Assembly: GCF_006345805.1 (NCBI RefSeq)
Contig: NC_043005.1
Location: 25,854,001 to 25,918,000 of the forward strand
Direction of reading: 5' to 3'
Length of the DNA: 64,000 nucleotides
Source: Octopus sinensis
Lineage: Eukaryota
The translations under genes and the position numbers were made by a program. Below the pieces are notes generated by a model that saw only the letters and a program-made list of their open reading frames with translations, was not told where the DNA came from and made no database searches. This document shows, one piece after another, positions 24,080 to 39,069 of this stretch (positions are counted from its first letter, which is position 1; every line of letters starts with the position of its first letter).

Positions 24080-25199
24080 GCGACAGTAAATTCGAAGTTC
24101 TACCAGTTAAGTGAGGTTTTTTTTTCGAACAGGAAGACACAAGTTTACCTTATACAAGATAAACTAGGAATATGGGAAGTGCGGAATTATCAGAAAAAGC
24201 GTGACTTTAACCTTGCCACACCATTTTCGTTTACATTAAATAATCACAACTTACAAAACACAATTAAGGGACTCTCTTTCATTCTTTCACAACTCATTAG
24301 ATTAATTACTATAATTATGTTAAATTTCCTCAATATAAACATAATGCTCAATTTCTACTCAGCTATAACGCTATGATCATCCCTCAAGAAGAGAAGAATG
24401 GGTGTTGCAAAGGTTCATGTGCTTATGCAGAGCTATGACTGATTATCAAAGTCGCAGTCGAAATTAGAAGCATAATGAAGAGGCATGCCCTGAATTGACA
24501 TTCTGAAGAGGGTTTGAACATTGTTCCCTCATCTGGATTCTGGAATCATTTGCCATTAGTACTGTAGCATCAACTGTTAATATACATTTGAATACCTCAT
24601 CAAAAATTAAACGTTTTGAAGATATTGACAAACGCGAGAATTTTTACCTCAAACGTTACCTCACACTTATCAGAACTAGAATACTGTAAAAGGATCACTT
24701 CCTCCCTTAAACTTTCTGGGTGGCACTAAAACATTAAGCCCACAAATTAAGTTGTAGTAAGAGAACAAACCATCTTTTTGCAAATGAGTCACAGCTATTT
24801 GTACAATGTATATGATAAACAACTAGAAACGTCGCTACAGATAATACACGAATCAAACTTTTGCCAGCAGAAAACAAACAAAAACCTAATAAAGAAGAAT
24901 ACGGTGGATATATGAATGTGTGCGTGAAGCAACTAACCAAATTCTTCCTGTGTGTTCGGCCTTAACCTAGAAATAATCTAGAGACATGTTAGTGAAACAC
25001 AGGAAGTTATATCGTCATAATTAAATATCATCAAAATAGATGTGAATTTTTTTTTTAAATGTACCAGGAAAGTATTCCAAAAATGAAGAAACAACCATAT
25101 TCTGGTGTATATTGTCTCTATGGCCGAGCTCTCAAAGAAATTGAAAAATTATCTAATTATAAAACCTAGAAATATGGATAACAAATGTAATAACTAGAT

Positions 25200-25950
25200 C
25201 TGTTCTACATAATACAACTGCTACTCGACATAAATCCAAAAGTCTGCAATGTTCAGACAATGAATGAATGAATGACTGTTTCGTCGACCAACGTGCATCT
25301 CAGACAGGCCCAGGTGATGGCAATACTGTGTAAAATGGTTGTGCATTCGGTAATACTACTATGAGAAATACTTTTGAAAGATGTCCATAAAGCTAGAGTT
25401 GAAAGTCCTCTGGAAAATGTTGTTCAATTGTCTTCGAGAATGCATAGGGTATTCAATAGATTGTGTCCAGTTTTCCAAACAAGTGTAAATCTTCTTTATA
25501 AAATCATAAGTTTAATATACCACAATCACCTGACAACATTCCAAATCTTAGGCATCTCCTTTTGACTAAGGAATGGAGGACCACCATGGAGTCAAACTAT
25601 GAGTAAATGTCTCTTACAAACAGTGGCTATATTTATTCGCCATTTGCATGTGTCGCTGCTTTTATGATTGTATATGAGTAGGTAAATCATCACCCATGGT
25701 ATACCTGCCCTCCACTGTGTGGCGGGACCGGTATCACATAGTACTTTCACGAGTACAAAAAAACTTTATTCCATAAGAAATGGAAGTGAAGACTCCTCAT
25801 CCCTGTCAGATAATACCTAGGTGAAGCTCCTGTGATAAAAAGATGATAAAGAAATGAGGCAATGTATGAAATTGCAGATTGTTGGTAAATTTTTGATGTG
25901 GTATATGATGTTTGCTTATAGAAACCGCATTTCCCCGAATATGTAACCAT
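25200..25950 (-). mobile_element. Highly decayed non-LTR RT remnant (R4/NeSL-like)
   Basis: Minus fragments FYKEDLHLFGK (YMDDLKLFAK-like) and VIPVPPHS (DSVPHSW-like). Confidence 0.4.
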
Positions 25951-27099
25951 CACTCCTTTGCAGCCTAAGGTGCAATATCAGTAACAGCCTTTGCACGCTT
26001 TGCAGCACTGCATTGTGAATAAAAGTGTCTATTTAGTAATAATATCATGCTATAAATGTAAACCATAATACCCGTATCTTATTTCTCATTCATAAAGATT
26101 TTGTAACTGATCAGAAGTAAATTAAAAGGCTAATCTTTGTTATAACATTTTCACGATATATACATATATAAGGGTAAAGGATAAATACCCACTTCAGTCG
26201 TGAAGGACCATAGATTTCACCTAGAAAGTTAGCCTCCGAGGCACAAGTCCGGGCGAGATTGTTTATCGAAGGCCAGCATTCGTCTTGCATACCTGCCTCC
26301 TCTCTCCATGTCACCAATGTTCTCCAAAATAAATGTTAGGGCCGATACAGGTTGGCACCAGTGATATCTCAACCCATTTCTATAGCTAAGAGAACTGGAA
26401 CAACGTGAAATAAAGTGTCTTGCTCCAGAACACAACACATCTCTATGCGGCAGTCAAACTCACTGCCTCACGATTGTGATCCCGACGCTCTAACTACTGA
26501 ACCATGCGCCTTCACGTATATATATGCGTTTCCTTCAAGCTCGCCAGACACTGCGCAAACTAGAATGGGTGGGGATTTCAAGCCCTTCAGTTTCCACTTT
26601 GCTTTCAAAATAGCACAAAATATTCAAAATGATAGAAACTTTCCGGCCAACAAATGTATAGGATTTAGATAAAAACGAAGATATAAAATTAAATGTTCCG
26701 TATAGAATTAAATTCAGTTTATAAAAAGATGCCTGGAAACGACATGAACATCTCATGTTTATTTTATGTGGGGTTCTCATTATAGATCTTTTTAATCTCA
26801 ATAATCACAAAATGTCTGAAGGGTTTAGCGATGCAATGCTTAGCATAGGTTTGCGTTGAGAAAATTAGCCGAAGTACATTTCACGGTGCTATATTAATAG
26901 ACAATATGTTAAGAAATCACGTGGAAGGCAGAATAATTCGCCATTTTTTGTGTCCCTTGGTGGCAATTATATGAATGTTGTAGACGCTATGCTTTCCCAA
27001 ATGATTTACTAACACAATATTAGAAAATACGATACGAAGAATGTATCGAGAAAGCACATGAAACATTCCGAATCATATCTAAATGATTGTTCGTCAATA

Positions 27100-28900
27100 A
27101 AAAAAGAAGCTTATAAAAAAATGTTGTAGAAAATTGAAATGTAGTCAGTCTTTGGATGATAAAGCTATTACAAATACGTGAGAGAATAAAATACACTATA
27201 TTGAAATATTCATAAATTCTAGAATTAATAGGATGTAGAAAAGAAATTTCTAAAATATGAAAATCGATTTAGTGTTATAAGAATATTTCAGATTATATGA
27301 TACTGAAGAACAATCGAAATAAAAGCGTTACAAATATGAGAATTGTGTTAGACACCGTTGCTAGTGAAGGCTGTAAGAACTCGAGTGATTTTTAGTACTC
27401 TTTTGGTAACGGTAACATCATTAGTTATATTGATAGTGAATGTGTTCAGGGTTTTAATAAAGCCTTTGTGTAATGGACAGAAAGAAATCAATTGCTTAGA
27501 AACAACCAAAGAAGGGACTGATCATAATTGAGCGAAGAGAAATCTGAGTATTATTTTTCTTAGAACACCTGAAGAAAGTAAATGATATCTATCAAAAAAA
27601 GAATTTTTATGGAAAGAAATTGAGGTGGAAATAGTAAAGGAAGTCACCGAAGGAACTGCAGAATTAATAGCTCACATCTGTAACTTCTTTCTAAAATCTT
27701 GCAGATTTGTAAATGAAACGAACAACTGCCGAAGTTATTATATCATTCGGTAAAATTAGATATAAACATCATTTTACAAATTATAGGTTTGTATCATTAG
27801 TTTCCCATTTTTCTAAGATATTTTGGACATTCTTTTTTCTGAAAGAAATAATGAATTCATTATAAAGCACAATTTAGTGATTGACAGTCAATATAGATTC
27901 GGAACGAGTAGCCAACCTATTTGGCTCTAATATAATTAATTGGTGAAATTACTAATTATGTAGTCAAAAACAGTATCGAGTGGGAGTATTTTTAGATCTA
28001 AATATGCTTTTTGTGGCGTTGATCACAATACGTTACGCGATAAATTGGAAAGGTATGATATCATGTTGGTGTTAATTGGTTAGGAAGCTACGTAGGACAA
28101 ATTGTGGAGACAGGGGAGCATAAGTCATCATGTATGGAAATTAATTGTCGAACACATCATGAATAGATATTAGGCTCGAAATTGTTCATTTTGTAATTAA
28201 ATAAAAGATGCAGAGAATAGAAAAGTATTCCAAACTCTCTCTCGCTTCGCAAAACGTTTAATTTAGCGTTATGTCATGCTGGTGATTTGATATAAGGATG
28301 AAATGGCGTTATGCATGCTTCCAATAACTAAAAGGTAATAAAGATCTTTGTAATGAGTAGAAAATATTAATAAATATGTATATTTTAAGCATCTTCTTCA
28401 TTATTCTTAAAATCAAGAATTAAACTTCGCAAGACGCCGTGCTTTAATATGAATCTAGAAGTGATCATCTCCCTTACAATACCTACCGCCAGGGCTCACG
28501 CCTTCCAAAAATATAGGAGTATTTTTTTATTGACAGGCGGCAGAAATATTTTTGTTCTGGGGAAAGTTTACGAAAAGAATTGATAAAAGTCACAATTGGA
28601 ATGAGGAAATTGAAACGCTGACATTAGAACAAAATTATCATTAAATTTAACTAAAAACAGATTCGGAAATGTTTAATTAATCACTCAGTTACAAGTAATG
28701 ATAGATAAGGTCAATAAAGAATGAGTATATGAAGTTAATTTTTGATGTTAAGCTGCAAAATCTGTCAGAAATATAAAATGAAAGGTGTCTTAAAACAGTT
28801 CTTTAGATAAGGTATTAGATTATCAGAGTGGACTTCAAAACCACTGAAGGAATTTCTATATATTTTGTTCATTCTACTGTGTGGAGAAAATAGTATATCT
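27100..28900 (+). mobile_element. Decayed CR1/L2-type LINE reverse transcriptase
   Basis: + strand fragments in the correct order: ELIAHICNFFLKS, FTNYR, SKIF, QYRF, GVFLDL, VDHNTLRDKLERYDI (cf. GVFLDLSKAFDTVDHNILLDKL..YGIRG). Confidence 0.75.
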
Positions 28901-29861
28901 TTAGATATTATCGTAAATTTTCTGTCAAGTTTTCTTAGTCTCCCATTAGAAACCTAAACTGGAATTAAACACCACACAATCGGAAATCGGCACGAGTAAC
29001 ATTTTAGAGGTTTGTATTATCGTATGTCGACGACAAAAAGACCACATGATATAATCGTAAGAGCATAGGAAAACATGTTAGAAATGACTTTGCACGACTA
29101 TGTTTTATTTGTTGCTATTTCTTCGAATTTATCTATTTAATTGTAGCTTGACCAACTTTTACGCTCATCAGCAAATGAACCGTACGATGTTCTAATATAA
29201 GAATGAATTTATTTTTACCATTGAGAGGATGATAATATTGGAGTTCATATCCAATGACATCGCCCACATTTCAATGTGCTTCCGAATATGACGTCTAGGA
29301 GCAGCGCAGCTGAAGGCCTTCCTACATCTGAGTTTGTTCATTTACATCATTCCGTAAGGGGCATAGGTCCGGTTTCTCGGATTCTCCGACATATATATTC
29401 CTCCCTGGTCGGGACACCGGTCCGTCACAAGAGTGTTCATTCTTACAAGCCGAGTGAACGGGAGCAACGTGAAATAAAAGGCTTTCCTCAACAACACAGT
29501 GCATCATTGGTTCAGATATCGAAATCACAATAATGTGATCATGACTCCAACATCGTAACCAATAAGAAATGTGCCTCCACATTTTATATATGTATATATA
29601 ATAATATAAATAATATATAAATATATGCATATATACATAAATATATGTACATACCTACAAATGTATGTATATATACATGCATATATGGGTACAGGACATA
29701 AAAAAACAGAGACAAAATGAAAAATGTGAACATAAAAAACGAACATAGAAAGCGAACTTTTTTTCAAACGACGAAAGAAATAAACAAACAGAAACGAGAC
29801 AGGCAACATAAAGAACATTCCCTTCATTAGTTGCCCCCTGTTTTATCTACTCCGGATAGAG

Positions 29862-29912
<51 letters not shown>

Positions 29913-30469
29913 ATGAACGAAAGAATGCGGGTAACATTTAATGATGTTCTGTTAGTTATGCTTATTAATTGTATATAGAATAAAACAAAATTATCTTGTC
30001 TCAGAAGCAGCAATGTTTGTACATTCAGCATAGGTTATTCTGGAATAAAAGCCTTCGTTATCAAGAACCATTACACATGTATTTGATGCACAGATTTAAA
30101 TCTAATTTATCCTCGTTGCAGAAAAAAAAATTGGTGTAGATTCCAAACAATATAATTTCAATGACATAATTTACAATTGCAAATAGTTTAGTTCCCCATA
30201 CAGATTGATCCCTTTCCAAAACAGAAAAAAGAAACCAAAATCTGGTCATGTCCTACGAAAATGTAATACAGTTAGTTTAATGGCTTTTAATGAATTGTGA
30301 AGTATTTGAACCAGGTTTTCGTAGCGTGAAAATACTTTTGAAGCAATCTTCTGGAAGCAGTTTCACCTGAAACGATATATCATTATTATTTCCGTGTGTT
30401 TAAATGACTCGCCATCAAACTATTGGTTACGGGTCCCATCACACTGCGAAGCAGCTTCCTGGTCACGTT

Positions 30470-30518
<49 letters not shown>

Positions 30519-31700
30519 TACTTTCACTACTTTTAAAACAATGGAATATTAACAACAATGCCTGTTGGATTATCAATCTGTACCATTCTGAAACACGTGA
30601 CTAAACATCAAGCTCTATGTCTTTACTTCCTCGAGTTCATGCGTTCAGTTCTCTGGGTTCATATCGAAGTTGAGTTCACCTTCCATTTCTTTGCAGTGAT
30701 AAAATGCATATTATCTGTTGAATACGACCAACGTGCCGGCCACAATTGACCAGGCGATTGATGGTCACGCAACATCTGGGCTTCATCATTTAGAACTTCT
30801 TTTTTAAAGTAGTAAGATGTGTTTTAAATAGAATTTGGTTGTTATTTCTTACAGTCATACACATGTATATATAGGTATATATTCAATTGTCTATCAAAAC
30901 ATACATTTCGAACTTAAGGTTTCATGAATGTTGTCTATAACATAATACGCATTTTTCAAACAGGCGCTATAGAATATAAAACAGAGGAAACTGGCAATTA
31001 TGACGCCATCTTTAAAATAATTTGACATTGTTGCTTTTTGGGAAAAACATTATTAGAATCCATTTCTCAAACCAACTTCTCATTGATGTTATTATAATCG
31101 TTGACAATATATATTCCCGCCTTTTACCTAATTTTCAAATGGTACTCATACTATCTATTACTAACTCTGTAAACAACGGCGTAAAGATACCTAAATTATA
31201 CCTTTGCATCTCCATGTTCTGAGATCGAAAGAGATAGAAAATATTGGTCAAGTATATCAACTAATTCAATCAGCTTAACACTAATTCATCATGAAATATT
31301 CACTGCAGTTTACTGATAACATATCTGTCCAGGTCAGTAAGAAAGATACAGGCGAGATACACTTAATGTGTTTGTTGAATGCAGCGTCAGATTAAATACG
31401 CAGTAAACAAACAATACTGAATTAATTCCATGTTAAAAGTAGCCCACGTGACACGATAATGTGATTATCAGTTAAAAGCTACGTCGTAAAACACAAAAAT
31501 AAAAAAAAAAAACAGCCATGTAATACATAAAAATAAATGAGAGCCAAGGACGATACAGCCATTATTCTGAAAAATATTATTCATTAGGTAAAATGTTAAC
31601 ATGTTACTCAAACATGAAATTGTTAAGAGTGACAAATGAGAATTTATTATACATTGAATTATCGGAAATCATATGCAGAGCGTATAAAATAAACACACAT

Positions 31701-31704
<4 letters not shown>

Positions 31705-31767
<63 letters not shown>

Positions 31768-32047
31768 AAGAAAGAGCGAGACAGGGACAGACAAACAGAC
31801 AAAGACAGATTTGGAAAGAGTTAGAGAGAGAGAGAAAGCTGTACAGACAGATAGATATTATATATATATATATATATATACAGATAGATAGGTAGATAGA
31901 GTCATAGAGAGAGAGGGGTAGAGAGAGACCGAGAGAGACAGGCAGATAGACAGACACAGAGACAGAGAGCTATAGGGAAAGAGATAGATAAAAAAATAAA
32001 TAGATGGATACATACATACATACATACATTGACTGATTGATTGATTC

Positions 32048-32135
<88 letters not shown>
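31705..32135. repeat. (AG)n/(AGAC)n/(AGAT)n compound microsatellite
   Basis: Direct reading. Confidence 0.95.
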
Positions 32136-34636
32136 AGTATATGCATTTCTGAACATCTGCATGTGTTTATTACCTTTACGAAACGCTGAGTTACAATAAA
32201 GTGAAACCCTATCTAGGCTTCTAATTCAAAATTAATACTAACTCTTTCTCTTCGTTTGTTAATAAAAACGAACATGTTAAGTTTATTTACATATAGATGC
32301 AATATATAGAGAGATCCTCAAGCATACATACGTACATATGTACGTACGTACGTATATATATATGTACGTATGTATGTATGTATATCTTCTACGTCTAAGG
32401 CTTTCTTATAACTGAATTTATTGTGGTTCTTCTGGCCGATTTGCGCCTTGTTGTGCATAAAATTTATACTATTTAATTAAGTGCAGGCCGTCATAAACAC
32501 AAAACTGTAAATTAAGTTATCCGATATATTTGTAGCTAAATTTTGTGTTTGCTATATATTCTGGGTGAGTATTCTATACTATTTAATTTACAAGGAAATC
32601 AGGTGTGTCTCACCTGAAGAACGATGAAATGCTGCGAAACTCTTCTTTAGGAGACACCCTCCTCTTTTTTGCCGCACATTAAAAACATAGAAGGTACATC
32701 CTAACATAGCTAAGTTTTTCTAACAATATAATATATTTGAGTCCTTTTTATTCACGCTATATTGTCTATAAACATCTATGCTATATAATATTTTATATTA
32801 TTAATCATATGTATATCATTGACCCGTATTTCCTCTGTTTTCAGTTGTAAATATTTTGGTAGGGTGTGTGTACATTTTTGTGTTTTACAACCAGTATTTA
32901 AGTGATTATCTTTCTTCTATCGTGACACCAGTGCAGCTATTGACATTGAATAAATTCATTAGTGTTTATTTATTGCATATTAAATGTGACACTGCATTCA
33001 GTAAACACATTAAGTGTACCTCTTGTGTGACTTTCCTATTGACCTGAGAATATACGTTATCAGAATAATGTCGTGAATATTTTACGAGAGATCACAGTGC
33101 AAAACAGATTGATATTGTGATTGTACCTGACCAATAGTTTCTGTCTCTTTTTATCTCAGAGAATACAGGTGTAAATTGTGTTATGTTTGCATGCTTATAT
33201 CGTCTTCAATAGAGCTAATCATAACGAAATATATAACTCAATCATGCAGAAATTTAGGATACTGGTGTGAGTCTATATCGACTACATTGATCCTGAAATC
33301 AATTAGATTTTCGAAGTGTCAATACGTTTAGATGGTTTCAGGTGTGGAGTCTTGAAATAAATATTTCAGGAGAAGAACATTATAAGAATGCATTAAAGAC
33401 AGCTTCATAATTGACGGTTTCTACCATTGTACTTAACAGATGTTTATTCTTCCATAACAGTTGTTTGTTAACTTTTTAATGTCACAGACTGCATTGAACA
33501 AACGCATTAAGTTAGTACGCTTTCATATGCAACTAAATAGATAACTGTCATGTCTACGGGAGATGTGGGTTCGTTTCCCACGGATAGCTTTCTAATTGTT
33601 CGGCCCAAAAGTATTTATACCGTCACAGGTACTTTGTGAAACAATTCCCAAAACGAATTATATTATATATATATATATATATAAATATATATGTATATAT
33701 ATATAAATAAATATATATATATATATATATTTATAAATATATATATAGATATATAGTGTGTACCATGTTCTCCTTTTTTCTTTTTGTGTGTTTGTTTTTC
33801 ACCTTTGTTGCCGTACACATTCGCTAGCTTTCTTACAAGGAGTCTAATGCTCTTAGCTTAGACATTTTGGGGGTCAACCAAATCGAACCATCAAAAGTGT
33901 AACTGTCCGAAATGGTAATGATTTCTGGTACTTGACTGATGAAAGAAAGCCGAGAATGACCTGTCTTTCGTTGCCTGTCCTTCTAATTGTTGTTTCTCTT
34001 GTCCACATTTGTGTCGTCCATATGTCCGAACGATTTAATTCCCTCTATTGCATTTTTGTTCCATTTATATATTTATATATATATGTATGTATATACACAC
34101 ACACACACATATATACATCTTAGCAATTAGTGATAGAAGTCCCCTTTGTAACGAATGTTATTTGCATATTCAACCGAACTTGGATGTGTTTTTACTACGC
34201 TTTAGACTGCAGTAAACGACTCCAGAAATCAGCTCAAGTAGAAGACAAATGCTAAAAAGCACAGACAACATCGACTTATGTCGCCTGGCACTGTTGCATC
34301 ACAGGATTTATTTTATTTCACATCACCGGCAACAGAAATTCAAACGCTGAACGCGGGATCGAAAATTAGTCAAACTGATATAATTTAGAAATTGGCCGAC
34401 TGTGATATCACTGTCCAAAATGATAGTGACATCACAGGTGGGCTGTGATTAAATTAGCGATAGGACTTGCAGAATGTTTTCAGTTTATAACTCAGAGCAT
34501 TCTGGCTGAAGAGTGGATTGAACCAGATGATATTTCTCTTTGAGTTCTAATGATTTTTAAAATGTTGATACATATTCAAGTGTCTGTGTTGATGTAAATG
34601 TGTGTACATGATCCCATTCGATAGACACACACATTT

Positions 34637-34862
34637 AAGGGTTGTTTAGGGATGTTGAACGAAACACCTATGTTTCCAAAGGTCAATTCTTCAAACCCCG
34701 AAGAATCACTCTCAACACATGGCCATGATGCTCCCCCACTACTTCTGCTCGTGATCAGAGATGCACATATCGTCAGCCACTAAGGGACATGGTCAACTGG
34801 TTAAGGTCAAACAACTGACAAACAAATATGTGGTATTAAGCAGAATATTTGCTGTAGCCCAC
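34637..34862 (+). mobile_element. Partial copy of the ~520-bp dispersed repeat at 43627-44146
   Basis: Shares ctctcaacacatggc.atgatgctcccccactacttctgctcgtgatcagagatgcacatatcgtcagccactaagggacatg; followed by (ATT)n. Confidence 0.9.
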
Positions 34863-34868
34863 TGCATG

Positions 34869-34924
<56 letters not shown>

Positions 34925-34925
<1 letters not shown>

Positions 34926-35110
34926 GGGTGGTGAGCTGAACGAAATGCTTAGCGGTATTTCGTCCGGTGCTACGTTCTATGTTCAAATTTCACCGAGGTC
35001 GACTTTGTCTTTCATCCTTTCAGGATCGATAAGTTAAGTACCAGTGAAATACTGGAGTTGATGTATTCAGCTAATGTCCTCCCCACAAATCCGAGGCTTT
35101 GCATCTCCAG
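34925..35110 (+). mobile_element. SINE (gagctggcagaa family) with a short deletion in the head
   Basis: ggtggtgagctgaacgaaatgcttagcggtatttcg...gttcaaatttcaccgaggtcgac. Confidence 0.85.
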
Positions 35111-35746
35111 TTTAAACGATTGTTATCATTGATATTTACTGCAATGCTTCTTAATTTATTTCGATGTCAGTCTTAGATAGCTTGTGAAATATATACAAAT
35201 CTGGGGTATGTTTCATCCTTGTCTACGTTGTTTCATTTCTGTTCCATGCTGTTTTCTGTCTCTTATATTCGTAAAGCCAACAGTTAATCATACGTCAGTA
35301 TAAGACGAAACAACTACTGCTATTTTTTTTTCTTGTTACAATAGTGAAATACACAGCACTTTTACATTATCCATTTACAACATATGGCGATGCAAGTAGC
35401 AGAATTACATTATGCGCTTTTCAATAGTTCCAGTAACCTCAGTTATTTCGCTAATTAGACTAACATACAATTATGTTTGCCATCTTGGACACCTGTGTCT
35501 TCTCAAAGTCATCAAATTAGTCGAAAACAACAAACTTCTTCAATTTTTGTCCACATTTGAAGTGAGACATTCTTGTTTTCAAGAAAATCCATCGATTAAT
35601 TCTGTTATACAAAAAGATAACTTTACCACTATACATACACGATACACACATACATATACACGTATATATATACACACAATATACAAGCACTGTCACACAT
35701 ACATTAACGCTAACGGGTGCATATAGACATACACATGTATATATCC

Positions 35747-35910
35747 TTTTCTACTCAAGGCACAAGGCCTGAAATATGGGGGAGGGAGCCAGTCAGTTAG
35801 ATCGATCGCAGTACGCAATTGGTACTTAATTTATCGACCCCGAAAGGATGAAAGGCATAGTCGACCTCGCCGGAATTTGAACTCAGAGCGTAAAGACAGA
35901 CGAAATACTA
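35747..35910 (-). mobile_element. SINE (gagctggcagaa family)
   Basis: Reverse-complement match to the family. Confidence 0.85.
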
Positions 35911-36074
35911 GTTTCTTTATTGCCCACAGGGGGCCAAGCACAGAAATGGACAAAACAACTGATTGGGATCGGTAATATGTTATGATTTTATATAAAATAT
36001 GAATATAAAAATTATATAAAATATTTTTTTTAAATCGAATGAAATTAACAATACAGAGACAACACAAATGTAGC

Positions 36075-37290
36075 GATGATCAGGCCACGCTCCTACCCCA
36101 CAAGCCCCCATCTATCACTGGTACCTTTATTGTTCTTCTTTTATAGCCCATTCACACGGTTCCTTGCACGCACAACACTCGTGCAACATGCCTCCATCTC
36201 TTTTTGTACATACTTTCCAACAGACACCATTTCTCCATCCACACCTTCCTTTTCAAATGAAAAGTAAAAGATTATCGTAAATCTTGCCGGAGATAAAGTT
36301 GCCTGTCTTAATTCCTTTTATCCTACTGCCTCTTTCGCTATTGCTACAACTGTGAGAAAACAATTCATACCTTCGTTTGCTAAAATGTCCGGTGGGTCAA
36401 TCTTTATAATCGACTCAGTCGACAGGCGTACTCTTCCTTCGCCGGACAACAGGTGTTCACCATAAATCCACATTTCAGATATCTCGGGACACTGGACAAT
36501 AGCGTGAAGGACAGTTTCCCTGTCTCCCCCGTATCTTGGACAGGTTACCGTGTGACTGACGCTTACCGTGTGTTGCAAGCTTATCAAAAACGGGCGAGGC
36601 ACCTCTGTAACATTGCCAGGTCAAGGACTTTTGGAAATTGTCCAACGTTCTCAACCCGAATGTACGATGGAACAGGCTGTCCATTTGAATATACCCGAAA
36701 CTTAGAGTCACCCCAGGCCATCGTCACATTCAGACTCTACCAACCCACTATATAAAATCCGTTTAGAACTCCCACCGCTGGAGTGGCCCGAACGTCGGAA
36801 TAGCAGGAGGGCCTTATGGCACTCTTTATGCCATTCACTCGACCTCGGTCTACGAAAGCACCAGGCTTCCTGTTCGCAAAAACTTTTGAACTCAAGAAAC
36901 ATTTTTCTGGCGTGCGGAGACCACACTCGTTCACTATCCAGGAGAATCCAGAGATGCCTCAACCTCAACGCATGCATGCGCATCATTAACCAAGCTTTAC
37001 TTTAACGGCTTTTGACAGCAGACAGAGCATTTCACAGGTGGCGACCTACCCTTCCACAAAAAGTGAAAGAGCTGTCTCTCTAACCTGATCAACCACGAAT
37101 CCGGACATGACATTACGGTCAGGCGGTAGATAATGACCGATGCGATAAACACATTGGCCATCTCTGCCCTCCCTTTTAAGGATAGCTACGCCAAGATCAA
37201 GTATTGACTATTGCAGCCAGTCTGCTCGAAACTTCTGTCCAGTTCTTTGCTATCTGGAGCCTGGTCCAAACCACACTCCCAGCAAGGAGA
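36075..37290 (-). mobile_element. 5'-truncated L1/Tx1-clade LINE, ORF2 C-terminal half
   Basis: Minus translations KNWTEVSSRLAAIV, LKGRAEMANVFIASVIIYRLTV, LFHFLWKG, MHALRLRHLW and the C-terminal CP....ETVLHAIVQC cysteine/histidine (zf-RVT-like) motif. Confidence 0.85.
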
Positions 37291-37908
37291 ATCTTTTTAT
37301 TGAAAAATTCTAAACGCATCTTAATATGCAAACTCCACGGTGACCATACTCCCTTTACTAGCATCCTATCTGACAAAAAATTGATATAAGCATCCTGTTT
37401 GACAAAAAATCCATCATTCCAATTAAAGAGCATAAAATCCACAGAATTGTCTCCCCTTATCCACAGGAACTGGATAACTCCTACCCCATTTCCTGTTTTG
37501 ACACACAATAACCCCACACTTTCAAAATGTACACTACATTTAAAACATCCATCCTAATCCTCCAAAGAAGTTTTCTCAAGGACTATTACTGAACTCTAAA
37601 AACATAAAGACGCTACAATGTATTGGTATACTTATCTATTGATTTTTGTATATATGTATTATTATTTTTTTGAAAAAACATAGTAAATTTCTTTTTGTCC
37701 CCTTCCTCAATTTAAAAAAAAAATTCCCCTTCCAGATCTTGAGAATTTGCCTTGCAATGAAAGCTGGTTGATTTATTATTTTTTCTGTTTTAATTTTTCA
37801 TACACCCATTTTTATTAAAATTTACTTTCAATTTAGCATTCTGCCTTATAATTTTTCCTCTCCTATCATTTCTCAACGTGCGGTTAACACAACCCCACCA
37901 TTTACTGA

Positions 37909-37949
<41 letters not shown>

Positions 37950-37954
37950 GTATA

Positions 37955-38111
37955 TACGACGGGATTCTTTCAGTTTCTGTCCACTAGATCTGCTGACAAG
38001 GCTTTGGTCGGCTGGAAGCTATAGCAGAAACACTTGCCCATGATACCACGCAGCGGGACTGATCCTCGAACCATGTGGTTGGGAAGTAAGCTACTTACCG
38101 CACAGCCACTG
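37955..38111 (-). mobile_element. CORE-like SINE, 5' half
   Basis: Same family as 17908-18070; preceded by its internal (TA)n. Confidence 0.85.
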
Positions 38112-39069
38112 CGTAGTGAATCTCACATCCCTTCCTCAGATATTATCACTAGCCATCAATGCCATTCCTCTCTTCTACTTTAAGCATTTATTTTAACTCC
38201 TCATCTCTTTTCTTCGTTGCTTTCGCAAGGTTACCGAATTTCTCTGACTCTGGAATTTACTTTACATATCAATATCTTAGTTACGCATGCGATGCTCATA
38301 TTCTAACGATTAACAAGGAAACCTGCATGTCAGAGTTACATAGAGGCCATCATCATGCACTCTTCGTATCTCCTAAGCATTGCATTCTCACTCTGTATTA
38401 TTTTCTATAAAACGAATCTGATAAGGACAACAACAACAACAACAACTATAACACCAGTAACAAAAACAACAATTCTATTTGATGTTGCAAAAAAAAATAT
38501 ATATTTCGCTTATCTAAATAGCCTTATATCACGAGAGATTAGTTATCAGAGATGATATATCCGCTATAAAGATGCAGTCGTTGATTATACGGAGTCAGAC
38601 TATGCGTAAAAGATCATATATGAAAACGCAGCAGAAACCAATCATGATATAAATAATACGTGCAAAAACAACGGTCATTGCTTTAAACATTCTCAGGCGT
38701 TCAGTAGTTTGCAGTATTTTATTATTTTCTGTAATGTTGTGCTAATAAGAACTTTATCTTTTAATATTAATAATGTTGCTCCCTTTCTCTCTCTCTCTCT
38801 CTCTCTTCTCTCTCCTTCTCTATTACACATTTTTTTTTCTTTTTATTTATCTTTTCCCATGTTCAAAATCAATAGCGAATTGGCTGTTTTTAACGAAATG
38901 CTGCAAGACTTAGTGTAGTATTTTATCTGTAGAAGCGGCAATGGTATAATCGCATTGAACGGTGCTGCCAAAGAGCATGCATTGCACGTCACAAGTGCAG
39001 GAGAATTAGCAACTGCGGTTATATAAACGCTGTTAGATTAGCATCTAAAAGCAGAAGAAAGATAAACTT

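Noticed and set aside
18700-25950. The two R4-like fragments as one interrupted element
   Set aside because: On the minus strand the RT-like piece precedes the N-terminal piece, so they are not collinear
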